From: Thermoproteota archaeon
Lineage (GTDB): Archaea; Thermoproteota; Thermoprotei_A; EX4484-217-1; JAPDJV01
Reading direction: 5' to 3'
Length of the DNA: 64,000 nt
Assembly: GCA_029258925.1 (NCBI GenBank)
Contig: JAPDJV010000010.1
Location: 32,126 to 96,125 of the forward strand
Shown here: in pieces, positions 30,831 through 40,558 of the stretch
How positions within the stretch are numbered: the stretch's first letter is position 1
How the letters are laid out: every line of letters begins with the position of its first letter
Notes under the pieces: model-generated
Told to the model about the DNA's origin: nothing
Seen by the model: the letters and a program-made list of their open reading frames with translations, nothing else
Database searches by the model: none
Position numbers and translations under genes: made by a program

Positions 30831-31382
30831 CTAGGTTTTCAGTCCAACTAGTTTCTCGAAGTCCACTTCTATCTTAGACCTCCACCCAATAACGATATTC
30901 TCTCCCTCCTCCTCCAAGTACCCCATTCTCAACAATTTCTCTAAAACATAGGTAACTCTACGCTTATCGAATTTAGAGTGAAGAATATCTAGCAACTGCT
31001 TTCTATGGACTCTGCCGTTAGAGGAGGTCAGGTATAGTAGTGATGTTGCAAGTATTGCAACATCGTCTATGCGCCAACCCGAAGTCCTCAACTCCTGTAG
31101 TGTTGGAGGCTCCTTCAATACTGCTACGAAGACAGCTTTCTTAAGAGCTCTTTTCTCCCCGTCTAAACTTAAGGTTACACCCCCCTCTCCAACAGCCTTA
31201 ACAGTTAAGCCTAGTGGTTCGAGAACGTTGTTGAGTGCCTTAACTACTTCCAAGAAGTCTTCCCCCAATAGCCTGTAGAGCTCCCACCCCTTAACCCCCG
31301 GCTTACTTCTGCTCTTAAACAATATTGCCCTAGCAGCTCTCCTTATCTTAGATGAGGGTATTCTAGCTGGAATAATTATCAC
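30831..31382 (-). CDS. ScpB-like tandem winged-helix (KITE-like) protein
   Basis: Two wHTH-like halves (AARAILFKSRSKPGVKGWELYRLLGEDFLEVVKALNNVLEPLGLTVKAV and QELRTSGWRIDDVAILATSLLYL...LEKLLRMGYLEEEGE), as in ScpB. It overlaps the upstream ScpA-like gene by 20 nt. Confidence 0.55.
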   Translation of the reverse strand: MIIIPARIPSSKIRRAARAILFKSRSKPGVKGWELYRLLGEDFLEVVKALNNVLEPLGLTVKAVGEGGVTLSLDGEKRALKKAVFVAVLKEPPTLQELRTSGWRIDDVAILATSLLYLTSSNGRVHRKQLLDILHSKFDKRRVTYVLEKLLRMGYLEEEGENIVIGWRSKIEVDFEKLVGLKT

Positions 31383-32160
31383 CTCTCAAAGCTATTACTA
31401 TAGACTGGTATTCTCCTACTGCCGGTGCTTCAAGAATATAGTACTCCTCTTTTAGTGGATCATGTATTATACTTAGTTCGCCCATGGTTGCCAAGTAGGA
31501 GATAACGTATGCTCTAATGAATGTTTCAAGCATGCTCTCGCCCTTCACGAAGTCGAAGTATTCTAGTATTCCTCCACCACTAAGCCTCCTCTTAACCTCC
31601 TGCCTAATATTGTCTAGAATCTCCTGTAAGTCTAGTTCTGATAGGATACCTAGATTCTCCAAGTCTCCTACTCCAACAGTCTTCAATTCCCCTCGCTCAA
31701 GGAAATCTGGTTTGAAGCTTTTCCTGGTTGACAGATAGTTTAAAGCTCTCATGATCTCCGTGAAGGTTATTTGCTCGAGTTCAACTATGGGGTGCCAAGA
31801 TAGCGCCAAGTCTCTTGCAAGTTCTCGCTCGGACAGGGAGGATATTTTAAGCAGGGCTATGAAGGGTCCTAGGACGAGCATTGAAGACCTATTTTTAACC
31901 CATTCTTCTTGATCCCTGACCACCTCAACTATGTGGCTTAGGATTTCGGAGTCTAAAACTAGGTGTTCGTCTCTTAGTGCTGGTAAGAGTTTTGATAATT
32001 CGTCCAATATTTTCTTCACGTCTACTTTAAATGGATCAGTTGTACTCTTAACTGTTTCAACAAGTTCATCTAATAGGCTCCTCAATTTAGCTGTAATATT
32101 CTTACTCAACATTTTCCCCCAATATTGAAGGAGTTGAAGCAGCCTTAACTTTCTGAACAA
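31363..32160 (-). CDS. ScpA-like kleisin
   Basis: 265 aa with a helical N-terminus and a C-terminal winged-helix block (ETFIRAYVISYLATMGELSIIHDP) typical of the ScpA C-terminus. It overlaps the SMC-like gene by 59 nt. Confidence 0.55.
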   Translation of the reverse strand: MFRKLRLLQLLQYWGKMLSKNITAKLRSLLDELVETVKSTTDPFKVDVKKILDELSKLLPALRDEHLVLDSEILSHIVEVVRDQEEWVKNRSSMLVLGPFIALLKISSLSERELARDLALSWHPIVELEQITFTEIMRALNYLSTRKSFKPDFLERGELKTVGVGDLENLGILSELDLQEILDNIRQEVKRRLSGGGILEYFDFVKGESMLETFIRAYVISYLATMGELSIIHDPLKEEYYILEAPAVGEYQSIVIALRGDNYSS

Positions 32161-33832
32161 CTATGATATTAGCGTCATCCGGTATCCTGCTTAACGGCCC
32201 CGGAGTTATCATTATGTACTGGACGCCCCTGTTTTTTCGGGCCAACTCGATTATTATGTCTAGTATTGCAGTCCTATTTTGGGGATCCATGTGGACGTCG
32301 AACTCGTCTACGGCTCTCATAGGAGACTTTATGTAGTTTTGGAGTGCTAGTAGGAAGCACATTACGGCTGTAGCTCTCTCCCCACCGCTCTGAGTATACG
32401 GGTCGAGAAGGGAAGGCTCCATCCCCCTAAAGCCTACTGTGAGCTCTAATCCGGCTTTCTCGAAGTCGTCTAAATCAACCAATTTTACGTCTCCAACTGC
32501 GTTGAACCTGTCTAAGAATATTCTATAGGATTCTGCTACTCTAGATATTGTGGAAACAAGCTTGCTTCTCCAAACCTCAATCCTCTTCCCCAATTCGTCT
32601 AGAGCTCTCCTCCTATTCTCGGCGGCCTCCTCAGCCCTCTTCTTCAGTTCCTCGAAGACAGAACTATACTTACTATATGCTTCAACAACGTTTCCAGGTA
32701 TATCTCCTATAGATGCTATTGAAAGCTCTATTCTCCTAATTTCCTCCTCTACTTCAATAATACTCCTATCGCTCTCAACTCTCTCACCGTATTCTAAAGC
32801 CTTTCTCGTTAACTCTCTAAGTCTCCTCTTCAACTTCCTCTCTTCTAAAATAAGGCTCTTCAATTCCCTTTGTAATAGTGAAATTCTGAATTTAGCTAGT
32901 TTTTCCTCTGATAATGTTTCAGCGTAGTTAAGCCAGTTATTTCTTAGAAGCTTAATGTAAGTCGCTACATCGCTTACTCCGGAAACTATTTTCTCCTCCA
33001 CTCCAGCAATATCCTCTCTGAGCTTACTTAAGACGTTGTCGAATTCCTCAAGCTTCCTCTCCTCCCCTAAAATAGTTTCCCTAAGTTCTCGAACCTTCTC
33101 CTCCAACTCTACAAGCTCTTTCTCCCTATCCCTAACATTAATCCAAGCCTTCTCTCTTTCCAATTCCTGGAGTTTCGACGTCAAGCTCTTCTTCTTCAGA
33201 AATCTGCTGTACATTTCGCTCCAATACTGTAGTGATTCCTCGGCCTTCGACAGCATTTCCCTTATTTTAGCCTCTTCTCCCCTGGAATGCTCTAGTTTCC
33301 GGAGAGCTGCAATTATCCTCCTCCTATACTTCCCCAAACCTATAGCGTCTTCAACTACCTGGAGTTTTTCCTGAGGTGAAAGGAAAACGAACTCCTCCAC
33401 CATGTTCTGGTGCATTATTATGAGCATGTTGTCCGGGTTCAAACCTATTCTAGAAAGATACCTGTAAACCTCTAGTTTAGGAACTCTCCTACCATTAACC
33501 TCATGCCAGTACTGGCCATCACTTCTAATGTACCTGGTGAAGAACACTTCGTCGCTCCTAAACCATGGAAGAGGTCTCCCATCATCCTCCACCCTATTAT
33601 CTAGTACAACTGTCACCCTAGCAATACTCCTCCCCCTCCTTATCAAATCGCTGAGTCTTCTCCCCCTCTCAGTGTATGTTTGCCCTAGTGCAACTGATAT
33701 TCCTAGAAGTATACTTGACTTCCCCGAACCATTTGGACCGGTTATAATGTTTAGCCCTGGTTTAAAGGGGATTCTAGCATACCTGTACGACATGAAGTCC
33801 TCTAATATTACTTCTCTCAACATTGCAGGCAT
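32102..33832 (-). CDS. compact SMC-family ATPase (576 aa) with short coiled coil and no recognisable hinge/hook
   Basis: N-terminal head with Walker A (ITGPNGSGKSS) and a Q-loop region (IMHQNMVEEF...EDAIGLGKYRRR). About 300 aa of heptad-rich coiled coil, with no CxxC hook. C-terminal head with the signature TQSGGERA, Walker B/D-loop RAVDEFDVHMD and FIVIT-like QYIMIT. Confidence 0.7.
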   Translation of the reverse strand: MPAMLREVILEDFMSYRYARIPFKPGLNIITGPNGSGKSSILLGISVALGQTYTERGRRLSDLIRRGRSIARVTVVLDNRVEDDGRPLPWFRSDEVFFTRYIRSDGQYWHEVNGRRVPKLEVYRYLSRIGLNPDNMLIIMHQNMVEEFVFLSPQEKLQVVEDAIGLGKYRRRIIAALRKLEHSRGEEAKIREMLSKAEESLQYWSEMYSRFLKKKSLTSKLQELEREKAWINVRDREKELVELEEKVRELRETILGEERKLEEFDNVLSKLREDIAGVEEKIVSGVSDVATYIKLLRNNWLNYAETLSEEKLAKFRISLLQRELKSLILEERKLKRRLRELTRKALEYGERVESDRSIIEVEEEIRRIELSIASIGDIPGNVVEAYSKYSSVFEELKKRAEEAAENRRRALDELGKRIEVWRSKLVSTISRVAESYRIFLDRFNAVGDVKLVDLDDFEKAGLELTVGFRGMEPSLLDPYTQSGGERATAVMCFLLALQNYIKSPMRAVDEFDVHMDPQNRTAILDIIIELARKNRGVQYIMITPGPLSRIPDDANIIVVQKVKAASTPSILGENVE

Positions 33833-33862
33833 TTCAGTTAACCTACCTTAGTATACATAAAT

Positions 33863-34597
33863 ATGTTACCCGGTATTACTATAACAGTGTACCCGTCTGG
33901 GTGGACTAAAATGGTTTCGGCCTTTAAGGTCTTCGAAGTGGTTGAAGACGTTGATCTAGCTACGATAGCCTTTAAGCTGAAAGATTATAGGCTGATGAAA
34001 ATAGAGGATGTTAATGGAAGAGAGGTCGAGGTGGGAGTGGAGATACGCGATCTGAAGTTGAATAAGGGCTGTTTAACGGGTGTAGTGGAGGAAACTATGA
34101 TAGCCTCCCTAAACTATAAGGGCGAGATTCTTAGGACACCGATATCTCTTAGAACACTCTTCGAATTCCACCCGTATAGAGAAAGATTAATGCTGATAGT
34201 GGCAGCCAAGAAAAATAGGGCGAACAGGATAGCATCACTCTTCTCATCAATATTGTCAGCCCGGAAAACAGGGGTCTTAGAGGCCCTTATCCCCCATGAA
34301 AATCTTAAAGCATTCTACGAGGAGAAGAAGAACTCTGCGAAAGTAGTTTTCTTCGATAACATTAGGATTCCGGGAGTTAGAAAACTATCACTATACGGAG
34401 ACCAGTTGGCAAACACCGCACTGTACAACGAGTACCTTAAGCTGGGTAAAGTCTGGTACGTTGTATTCGAGGCGGAAGAGGGGATGGTTGTTGGAGTTAC
34501 AAGGAACTGCGTCATCACGTTCTTCTCGAAAATAGACTACGACGACGCCTTAAAGTTCATCGAGGAGAAGATACTGCCCTTAACCGTGAAACCTTAA
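33863..34597 (+). CDS. hypothetical protein (244 aa), divergent from the SMC-like operon
   Basis: Intact soluble ORF with no motif. Confidence 0.4.
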   Translation: MLPGITITVYPSGWTKMVSAFKVFEVVEDVDLATIAFKLKDYRLMKIEDVNGREVEVGVEIRDLKLNKGCLTGVVEETMIASLNYKGEILRTPISLRTLFEFHPYRERLMLIVAAKKNRANRIASLFSSILSARKTGVLEALIPHENLKAFYEEKKNSAKVVFFDNIRIPGVRKLSLYGDQLANTALYNEYLKLGKVWYVVFEAEEGMVVGVTRNCVITFFSKIDYDDALKFIEEKILPLTVKP

Positions 34598-34873
34598 TTT
34601 TAATGGTCACACAACCACGAATACCATAATCGTAGAGTCGTGTTGAAATTGATAAGGGTCCAGGTCAAATAGTAATGGAATAATGCTACATTGCTTGATG
34701 TATGCATGGTGATTAAATGTAATAAACTCGTCGGTTAGAGTATGCTTGGAGGAGTACTTTAATGAGTACAGATGAAGTCGTTGAGATGAGGAGGAGGGGA
34801 ATTAGAGTCATTAGGCCCTCTAGGCGTTTGGGTTATATGAAGAAGCGTGGTATTATAGCAGTCCTTAAACCTT

Positions 34874-35353
34874 TTGAAGGTGAAGAAAGTGGCGGCTAGA
34901 GTTAAGATAAGACTTCTGAGAGACGACAACACTATTACGACTTCAGCACTATTGAACAGCGGTTTCGAAACATATTCCCCCGATATCGTTGTGCCTCTAG
35001 AAGTTGCTAAAAGACTAGGTTTATGGCCTCTCATCCAGGGGAAGATAGTAAGCCTTGAGACAGGCGGTGGAGATATCGGTGTTCCATACGTGGAGGAAAG
35101 TGTTGTATTAGAGCTCTACTTAGGAGATAGAGAGCCTAAAAGGGTTCGAGTAAACGTAATAATAGATCCCCACGTTAGAGAGGTAACTATAAGTGATTAC
35201 GTTGCAAGCGCTCTAGGGATAATATTGTTGGATTTCAAGCTTGGAATGTGGAGGCTGGTTGACGATAAACCAGATGTTCGCAGAGAGCGTGGAACCCGAG
35301 GAGTGGTAAAATGTAGAATGAAATACTCTATGTATTTGCTGGAAACACTATAA
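34874..35353 (+). CDS. hypothetical protein, possibly retropepsin-like (clan AA) fold with degenerate active site
   Basis: The blocks ALLNSGFETYSPDIVVPLEVAKRLGL resemble archaeal aspartic-protease-like proteins, but carry NSG where DTG/DSG is expected. Confidence 0.3.
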   Translation: MKVKKVAARVKIRLLRDDNTITTSALLNSGFETYSPDIVVPLEVAKRLGLWPLIQGKIVSLETGGGDIGVPYVEESVVLELYLGDREPKRVRVNVIIDPHVREVTISDYVASALGIILLDFKLGMWRLVDDKPDVRRERGTRGVVKCRMKYSMYLLETL

Positions 35354-35681
35354 TCTATTATGGTTTAATTTAGTAGAGCGTAGAAAATGACTTAACTCAG
35401 CTATTATTACGGATTGTAGGCTTGCATTAGCCCCATGTATGGGAATCCCTATCGCATATCAAGTTCAAAACATTGTTTACGTTAAATGCTTTAGACAGCG
35501 TTAAGAAAGGTCTATCTAAACTTCTTCAAGAAAGACCATTATTAATAAATTTATAAATGATGTCTTTGTAACTTCAATGCTAATACTCGGGATCGAGAAT
35601 GTAGTGGAGACCATGGACTGCCAGCTTTAAGACGAGAATAGTTTTATAAAATGAGCCAAATTATGTTAGTTTGGTGTTAAC

Positions 35682-36878
35682 ATGGATATTGTTTTCAGTA
35701 AGGTTCTCGAATTGTCTAAGAGTATTGAAGACGAGATTATTGGTTGGCGCAGAGACTTCCACATGTATCCAGAGCTAGGTTATAGGGAGAAGAGGACTTC
35801 GAGAATAGTTGCGGGGAAACTGAGGGATTGGGGTTTTAAAGTTATTGAGGGTATTGCTGAAACCGGCGTTGTAGGGCTGATTAAGGGCGGGAAGCCTGGA
35901 GATAGGACTATTGCTTTGAGAGCTGACATGGACGCTCTACCTTTGGAGGAGGAGAACGATGTACCTTACAAGTCTAGAGTTAAAGGTGTCATGCATGCCT
36001 GTGGCCACGATGCACACGTTGCAATGTTGCTTGGAGCAGCAAAAATATTATCTCAAATAAGAGACAAGATCCCGGGTCAAGTTAAACTAATATTTCAACC
36101 CGCCGAGGAGGGCGGTAATGGAGCTAAGAGAATGGTGGAAGAGGGAGTATTAGAGGACCCCAAGGTAGACGTTATCTACGGGATCCACGTCTGGAGCCTT
36201 TTGAAGTCCAGTGTTTTCGGCATTAGAGAGGGACCGGTGCTTGCGGCTACTGGAGACATACATATTGAGGTCATTGGTAAGGGTGGGCATGGAGCATATC
36301 CCCACATAGCTGTTGATCCAATTGTCGCTGGTTCAAGTATAGTCTTGAACTTGCAGACTATTATAAGCAGGAATGTTGATCCCTTGGAGGCTGGCGTGGT
36401 CAGCATATGTGCATTCAATTCTGGGAGAGCATTTAACGTTATACCCGGGAAGGCGGTTTTGAAGGGTACCTATAGGGCTCTAACTTATGAAACATTAAAT
36501 GTGATAAGGAATAGGATTAGGGAAATAGTTGAGTCCACGTGTAAATCATATAATGTGAGATGTAATATTAGAGTAGAAGACGTGACCCCGCCAACCGTGA
36601 ACGAGCCTAAAGCAACAAAGCTGGCTTTAAGTGTTGCAAGGAGACTTGTTGGCGAGGAAGCCATCGTAGAATTAAAGCCTACTATGGGCGGGGAAGACTT
36701 CGCCTACTATCTTCAAAAAGTGCCAGGCGTATTCATAGCTTTGGGCACAGGTAACCCGGAGAAGAAAACTGACATACCGCATCATAATCCTAAATTCGAT
36801 GTAGACGAGGAAGTCCTGTACCTGGGCACAGCATTCCACGTTGCAGTAGCATACGAGTACTTGAGCAGGGGTCTCTAG
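35682..36878 (+). CDS. M20D-family amidohydrolase (N-acyl-L-amino acid amidohydrolase/hippuricase-like)
   Basis: Carries MHACGHDAHVAMLLGAAKIL, the M20D signature; the 398-aa length fits. Confidence 0.8.
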   Translation: MDIVFSKVLELSKSIEDEIIGWRRDFHMYPELGYREKRTSRIVAGKLRDWGFKVIEGIAETGVVGLIKGGKPGDRTIALRADMDALPLEEENDVPYKSRVKGVMHACGHDAHVAMLLGAAKILSQIRDKIPGQVKLIFQPAEEGGNGAKRMVEEGVLEDPKVDVIYGIHVWSLLKSSVFGIREGPVLAATGDIHIEVIGKGGHGAYPHIAVDPIVAGSSIVLNLQTIISRNVDPLEAGVVSICAFNSGRAFNVIPGKAVLKGTYRALTYETLNVIRNRIREIVESTCKSYNVRCNIRVEDVTPPTVNEPKATKLALSVARRLVGEEAIVELKPTMGGEDFAYYLQKVPGVFIALGTGNPEKKTDIPHHNPKFDVDEEVLYLGTAFHVAVAYEYLSRGL

Positions 36879-36984
36879 ATCCAGCGTGAAAGCGAGAATT
36901 ATATGCAGAGGTTTCGCTTAAATAAGATGTTGAGCGTAAAGTAGATGCTCGTCGCTTTAAGCATGTTATCGTGGGTCTCGGAAT

Positions 36985-37665
36985 TTGATGGAGATTAAAT
37001 CAATATATAAGTGTAAGATTTGCGGGAGATACGTTGAGAAACCATTTCACTGTGGGAGAGAAGCCGAGGAGCTTCTCGACTCGAAGAAGAGGCTTTGGTT
37101 AAGCAAGCTCCTATCACTTTTACTAAGACACGAACCTTGGAGAGCGGGGCTGAGAATAGATCGAAGTGGATGGGTTAACTTAGATGAACTAGTCAGTGGA
37201 ATAAGAAGCTTGAACAGTTCTCTAAGCTGGGTTACAAGGGAACACATAATAGCGCTGGCAACACTGGACCCTAAGGGAAGATTCGAGGTCTCCGATAACA
37301 AGATCAGGGCTAGATACGGACACAGCATCAAAGTAATCATAGAAAGAGACCTTCAAGAAGACGTTGAATCGAAAATCTTGTATCATGGAACGCTAGCGGA
37401 AAAAGTTGAGAAAATTATGAGGGAAGGCATTCTCCCCATGAAAAGACGATTCGTCCATTTAACAACAAGCTATAGGGAAGCTGTTGAGACAGCTAGTAGG
37501 AGGGGGAGGAAGATAGCAATCATAGTTGTTGACGCGGAGTGTCTTAGAGCTAGGGGAATGAAAATTATGGTAGCCGGGAGAAACGTTAGGGTAACACGCA
37601 GAGTGCCCCCGGAATGCATTAGGAGAGCAGAAATTCCTCAAAATACTCTACAACCCGCCAGCTAG
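36985..37665 (+). CDS. kptA: RNA 2'-phosphotransferase Tpt1/KptA with N-terminal Zn-ribbon
   Basis: The blocks YHGT, RRFVHLTTS and the surrounding sequence match the Tpt1/KptA family. The N-terminus carries CKICGRYVEKPFHCG. Confidence 0.75.
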   Translation: MMEIKSIYKCKICGRYVEKPFHCGREAEELLDSKKRLWLSKLLSLLLRHEPWRAGLRIDRSGWVNLDELVSGIRSLNSSLSWVTREHIIALATLDPKGRFEVSDNKIRARYGHSIKVIIERDLQEDVESKILYHGTLAEKVEKIMREGILPMKRRFVHLTTSYREAVETASRRGRKIAIIVVDAECLRARGMKIMVAGRNVRVTRRVPPECIRRAEIPQNTLQPAS

Positions 37666-38137
37666 GTTGACACTTAACTTTAAGCACTCATTTCACGTCT
37701 GCAACATTCAAACACATTTTAAATATTTAACATGCTCACATGCATTTATCTGGGACACGGAATTCAGCATTGATAATGAGGATTTTGACACTTATCTCTC
37801 CGACAAACCTACTTGCAGAGAGCTATGTGTCCTCTCTTCAAATATTGGAGATGCTAATGTCAAAATTAATAGAAATGTGGAGGTTAAATCCCAAGAAATC
37901 GTTTTGTGTGGAGCATCTAGCAAGTCTTTCAGCATATAACGCCATCACATTACCTTAAGGCTAAAGAGTATAAGGGAAACATTTGAGTTGCATTTATAGA
38001 ACCTCTTTTACAGTGGATATTATCATGAGGATTAATGAGGGGAAGCGGATCAATTATCTTTGACTGTAAGAGTAGCGGATTTTTGCAAAGCCAAAATAGA
38101 ATATCAGGTTAGCTGTAAGCAATATTGCTTCAACGTC

Positions 38138-38173
38138 TCTATACTAAATTTTATGTATAAAATTTAGTATAGA
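38138..38173. promoter_or_regulatory. 36-bp near-perfect palindrome (17-bp arms, 2-nt centre) in a long noncoding region upstream of vapBC
   Basis: TCTATACTAAATTTTAT gt ATAAAATTTAGTATAGA; I checked it base by base, and the only deviation is the central dinucleotide. Confidence 0.5.
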
Positions 38174-38405
38174 AGCTTTATAATACGCTAGAGATTGGTA
38201 GAGACACGATTATATGGCTCTAGTCCCCCAAGGACGTTATGGCTGACTTAGAACATGTTATTTTGGATTCCAGTTCTAGTGCAGTCATAAGGCTTCAACA
38301 ATCTCTAGATTTACAAGCTCGCGACAATTATTTCAATGATCCTCGGAGAGCACTTAGATTTTCAGTTTTACATAAGGTTTATATTAGTTTGCCTAATGGT
38401 TATAC

Positions 38406-38684
38406 TTGGTGATACTATTGGTTAAACTTAGAGTTAAGGTTGGACCTAAAGGACAGATAGTAATACCTAAGATTTTCAGGGAAGCCTACAAGATTAAGGA
38501 GGGGGGATATGCAATACTTGAACCAGCAGATGATAAACTAATATTGAGGGGGATGGAAGATCCGAGAGAAGTCTTAACGTGGATTAGGGAGAGAAGGAGG
38601 AGAATAGGTGGTAGGGAGGCTAGATTAGGAGATTTAACTAGAATATACTTAGAAGAGGAATTTGAGAATGAAGGTCTTCGTTGA
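38406..38684 (+). CDS. vapB: AbrB/SpoVT (swapped-hairpin) VapB-type antitoxin
   Basis: Carries VKVGPKGQIVIPKIFREAYKIKEGG (SpoVT_AbrB motif). Its 3' end overlaps vapC by 23 nt. Confidence 0.75.
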   Translation: MVILLVKLRVKVGPKGQIVIPKIFREAYKIKEGGYAILEPADDKLILRGMEDPREVLTWIRERRRRIGGREARLGDLTRIYLEEEFENEGLR

Positions 38685-39075
38685 CGCCAGCCTGCTAGTA
38701 TACTTGAACGTTAAAATGCCTGAAGACGAAGCTAGACTCGTAGAAGATTTTTGGCTAGAATTATTGTTAAATCATTTATTATACACTAATATATTGGTCC
38801 TGGATGAGACAATATACGTGTCCAAGAGGAAGTATGATGTGTCATTCAAAGACACGATAGATTTCATAGATAGAGCAGTACTACCCTACGTTGACGTATT
38901 ACCAGTAGGTTTAAGCGAGTACTTAAGGAGTAGAGAGCTAGTAGTCAAGTATGGGCTTAAACCATCGGATTCAATACATGTAGCAACAATAGAGAGCCAC
39001 GGTCTACAAGCGATAGCAACTGAAGACGAGGATTTTGACAAAGTAGGAGTTAAAAGATTATGGATTAGGAAGTGA
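38662..39075 (+). CDS. vapC: PIN-domain VapC-type toxin
   Basis: N-terminal VFVDASLLV (first acidic residue), LDET, and the D residues in ATEDEDFD at the C-terminus, which is the PIN acidic quartet. Confidence 0.75.
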   Translation: MRMKVFVDASLLVYLNVKMPEDEARLVEDFWLELLLNHLLYTNILVLDETIYVSKRKYDVSFKDTIDFIDRAVLPYVDVLPVGLSEYLRSRELVVKYGLKPSDSIHVATIESHGLQAIATEDEDFDKVGVKRLWIRK

Positions 39076-39934
39076 AGATGTACTCACGCCATGCATGTAC
39101 CACTTAGTGCACGCCAAGTAAAATTCAATATGCGAATTTGAAGAAGAACCATTTAGTATTAGATGGAGAATTGAGTTTAAAACTCTTAACAGAATTTACA
39201 GTAATGCATGCCTTTCAAATATGATAATACCCAATGGAGGAGACATGAAATATCGTGCTAAGTATTTAAGCCTTACATGGAAAGAAGGACTTATTGTGAT
39301 GTAGATGTGCATTGGAGGAATTCATTAGATACGAGTGGGTTCTTGAGTGTTGAATTCAATAACACTGAAATAGCTAAGATTAGTCGCTAGGTCATCAAAT
39401 AGTCCCCCTCTTCAGTATGTACACTTATAAACGTAATAAGTATATTGAGTCTAGCCATGAGGTAAACAACTACAGTACTACTTTAATATCGCTAAGACAA
39501 ATGAAGGATTCATAAAAGCTTCTGTTTTCCGATCTTTGCGGTTTCTTAATACTATTCATCCTTAATATTATGGGGCACACTGAAGCTCCACGTCTCCCCA
39601 CAGTATTTGAAGGCTTATAAAGCATGGAGGCCCATGGATCCATCGGCAACTCCTCTGGCTTCGAAACCCTTGGCAATCTGTAGAGGCCTAGAGAAGCCGT
39701 AGTGAACTATCCTCGAGACGTGTAGAAGCTGTAAGGCAGGAAATAGTTGGACAATGCATTTTATCGGTTTTAAAGAAGGCTTGTGGAGATCCTCTTGGTA
39801 GGATGGAGTATTGTTATATACTTATGTTTAAACTTGTCCCTGCCTTTTACCCGTAAATACGTAATCTTATTTGCATATTAATTAGTAACGTTGATTGCTA
39901 TGTCAATATACATCTTCATATCATCATGTTCAAA

Positions 39935-40558
39935 TCAGCTCTCGGATCTAGAAATTTCTCTAAGAATCTTTATAATTTCCTCGAGTTTCACTATTATGCT
40001 AGCCAAGGATGCCTCTCCGGCTTCAACAGCTACTGGAATAATTGACCTAGTTCTCCCCAAAATGTACTCTCTCATCTCCTCGTAATCCTCCAAGTATTCT
40101 AAAACGGCCTCTGCACTCTTAACTGCCCGAGCCCCGCTATACCCGGCTGTCTGTATTTTAAGTGTTGCAACATTGAATAATCTGGAGATAGGTCCTTGAA
40201 CTATGTCTATGTTCGTTATCCTATTATAAGGCACAATATTCTTAACCCTCCAAAAAACACCCCTGGAAACGATTAGCTCGCTATCAGTCAACTCGAAATT
40301 GATGGAATCATAGTATCTTGGAACCCAATACAATAAGAAGGCTACTATTACAATTAATGGAGTGTATAAGAGTGTTAAGAGAATGGTTCTAGCAGGCTCA
40401 CTCCAATACAATGCCATGATAGTGATGGGTATGCTCCAGGACAGGTAACCCAATGCTAGTCCTCCAGCTATGTAAATATAGTATATTGTCTTCATTTTAG
40501 GGCTTGGCTTAAAAGTCCTCTTCAAACTATAAATACACCCCACCACACGCTTCCGCAA
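39935..40558 (-). CDS. membrane-flanked bacterial-PH (bPH_2/DUF304, YdbT-like) domain protein
   Basis: Two TM helices followed by YNRITNIDIVQGPISRLFNVATLKIQTAG, the bPH_2 signature. Confidence 0.65.
   Translation of the reverse strand: MRKRVVGCIYSLKRTFKPSPKMKTIYYIYIAGGLALGYLSWSIPITIMALYWSEPARTILLTLLYTPLIVIVAFLLYWVPRYYDSINFELTDSELIVSRGVFWRVKNIVPYNRITNIDIVQGPISRLFNVATLKIQTAGYSGARAVKSAEAVLEYLEDYEEMREYILGRTRSIIPVAVEAGEASLASIIVKLEEIIKILREISRSES

Noticed and set aside
32550-33374. Plus-strand ORFs 32550-32927 and 33036-33374 inside the SMC-like gene
   Set aside because: They are antisense to the coiled-coil region. Their Ser/Leu-rich translations are the complement of Glu/Lys/Arg codons.
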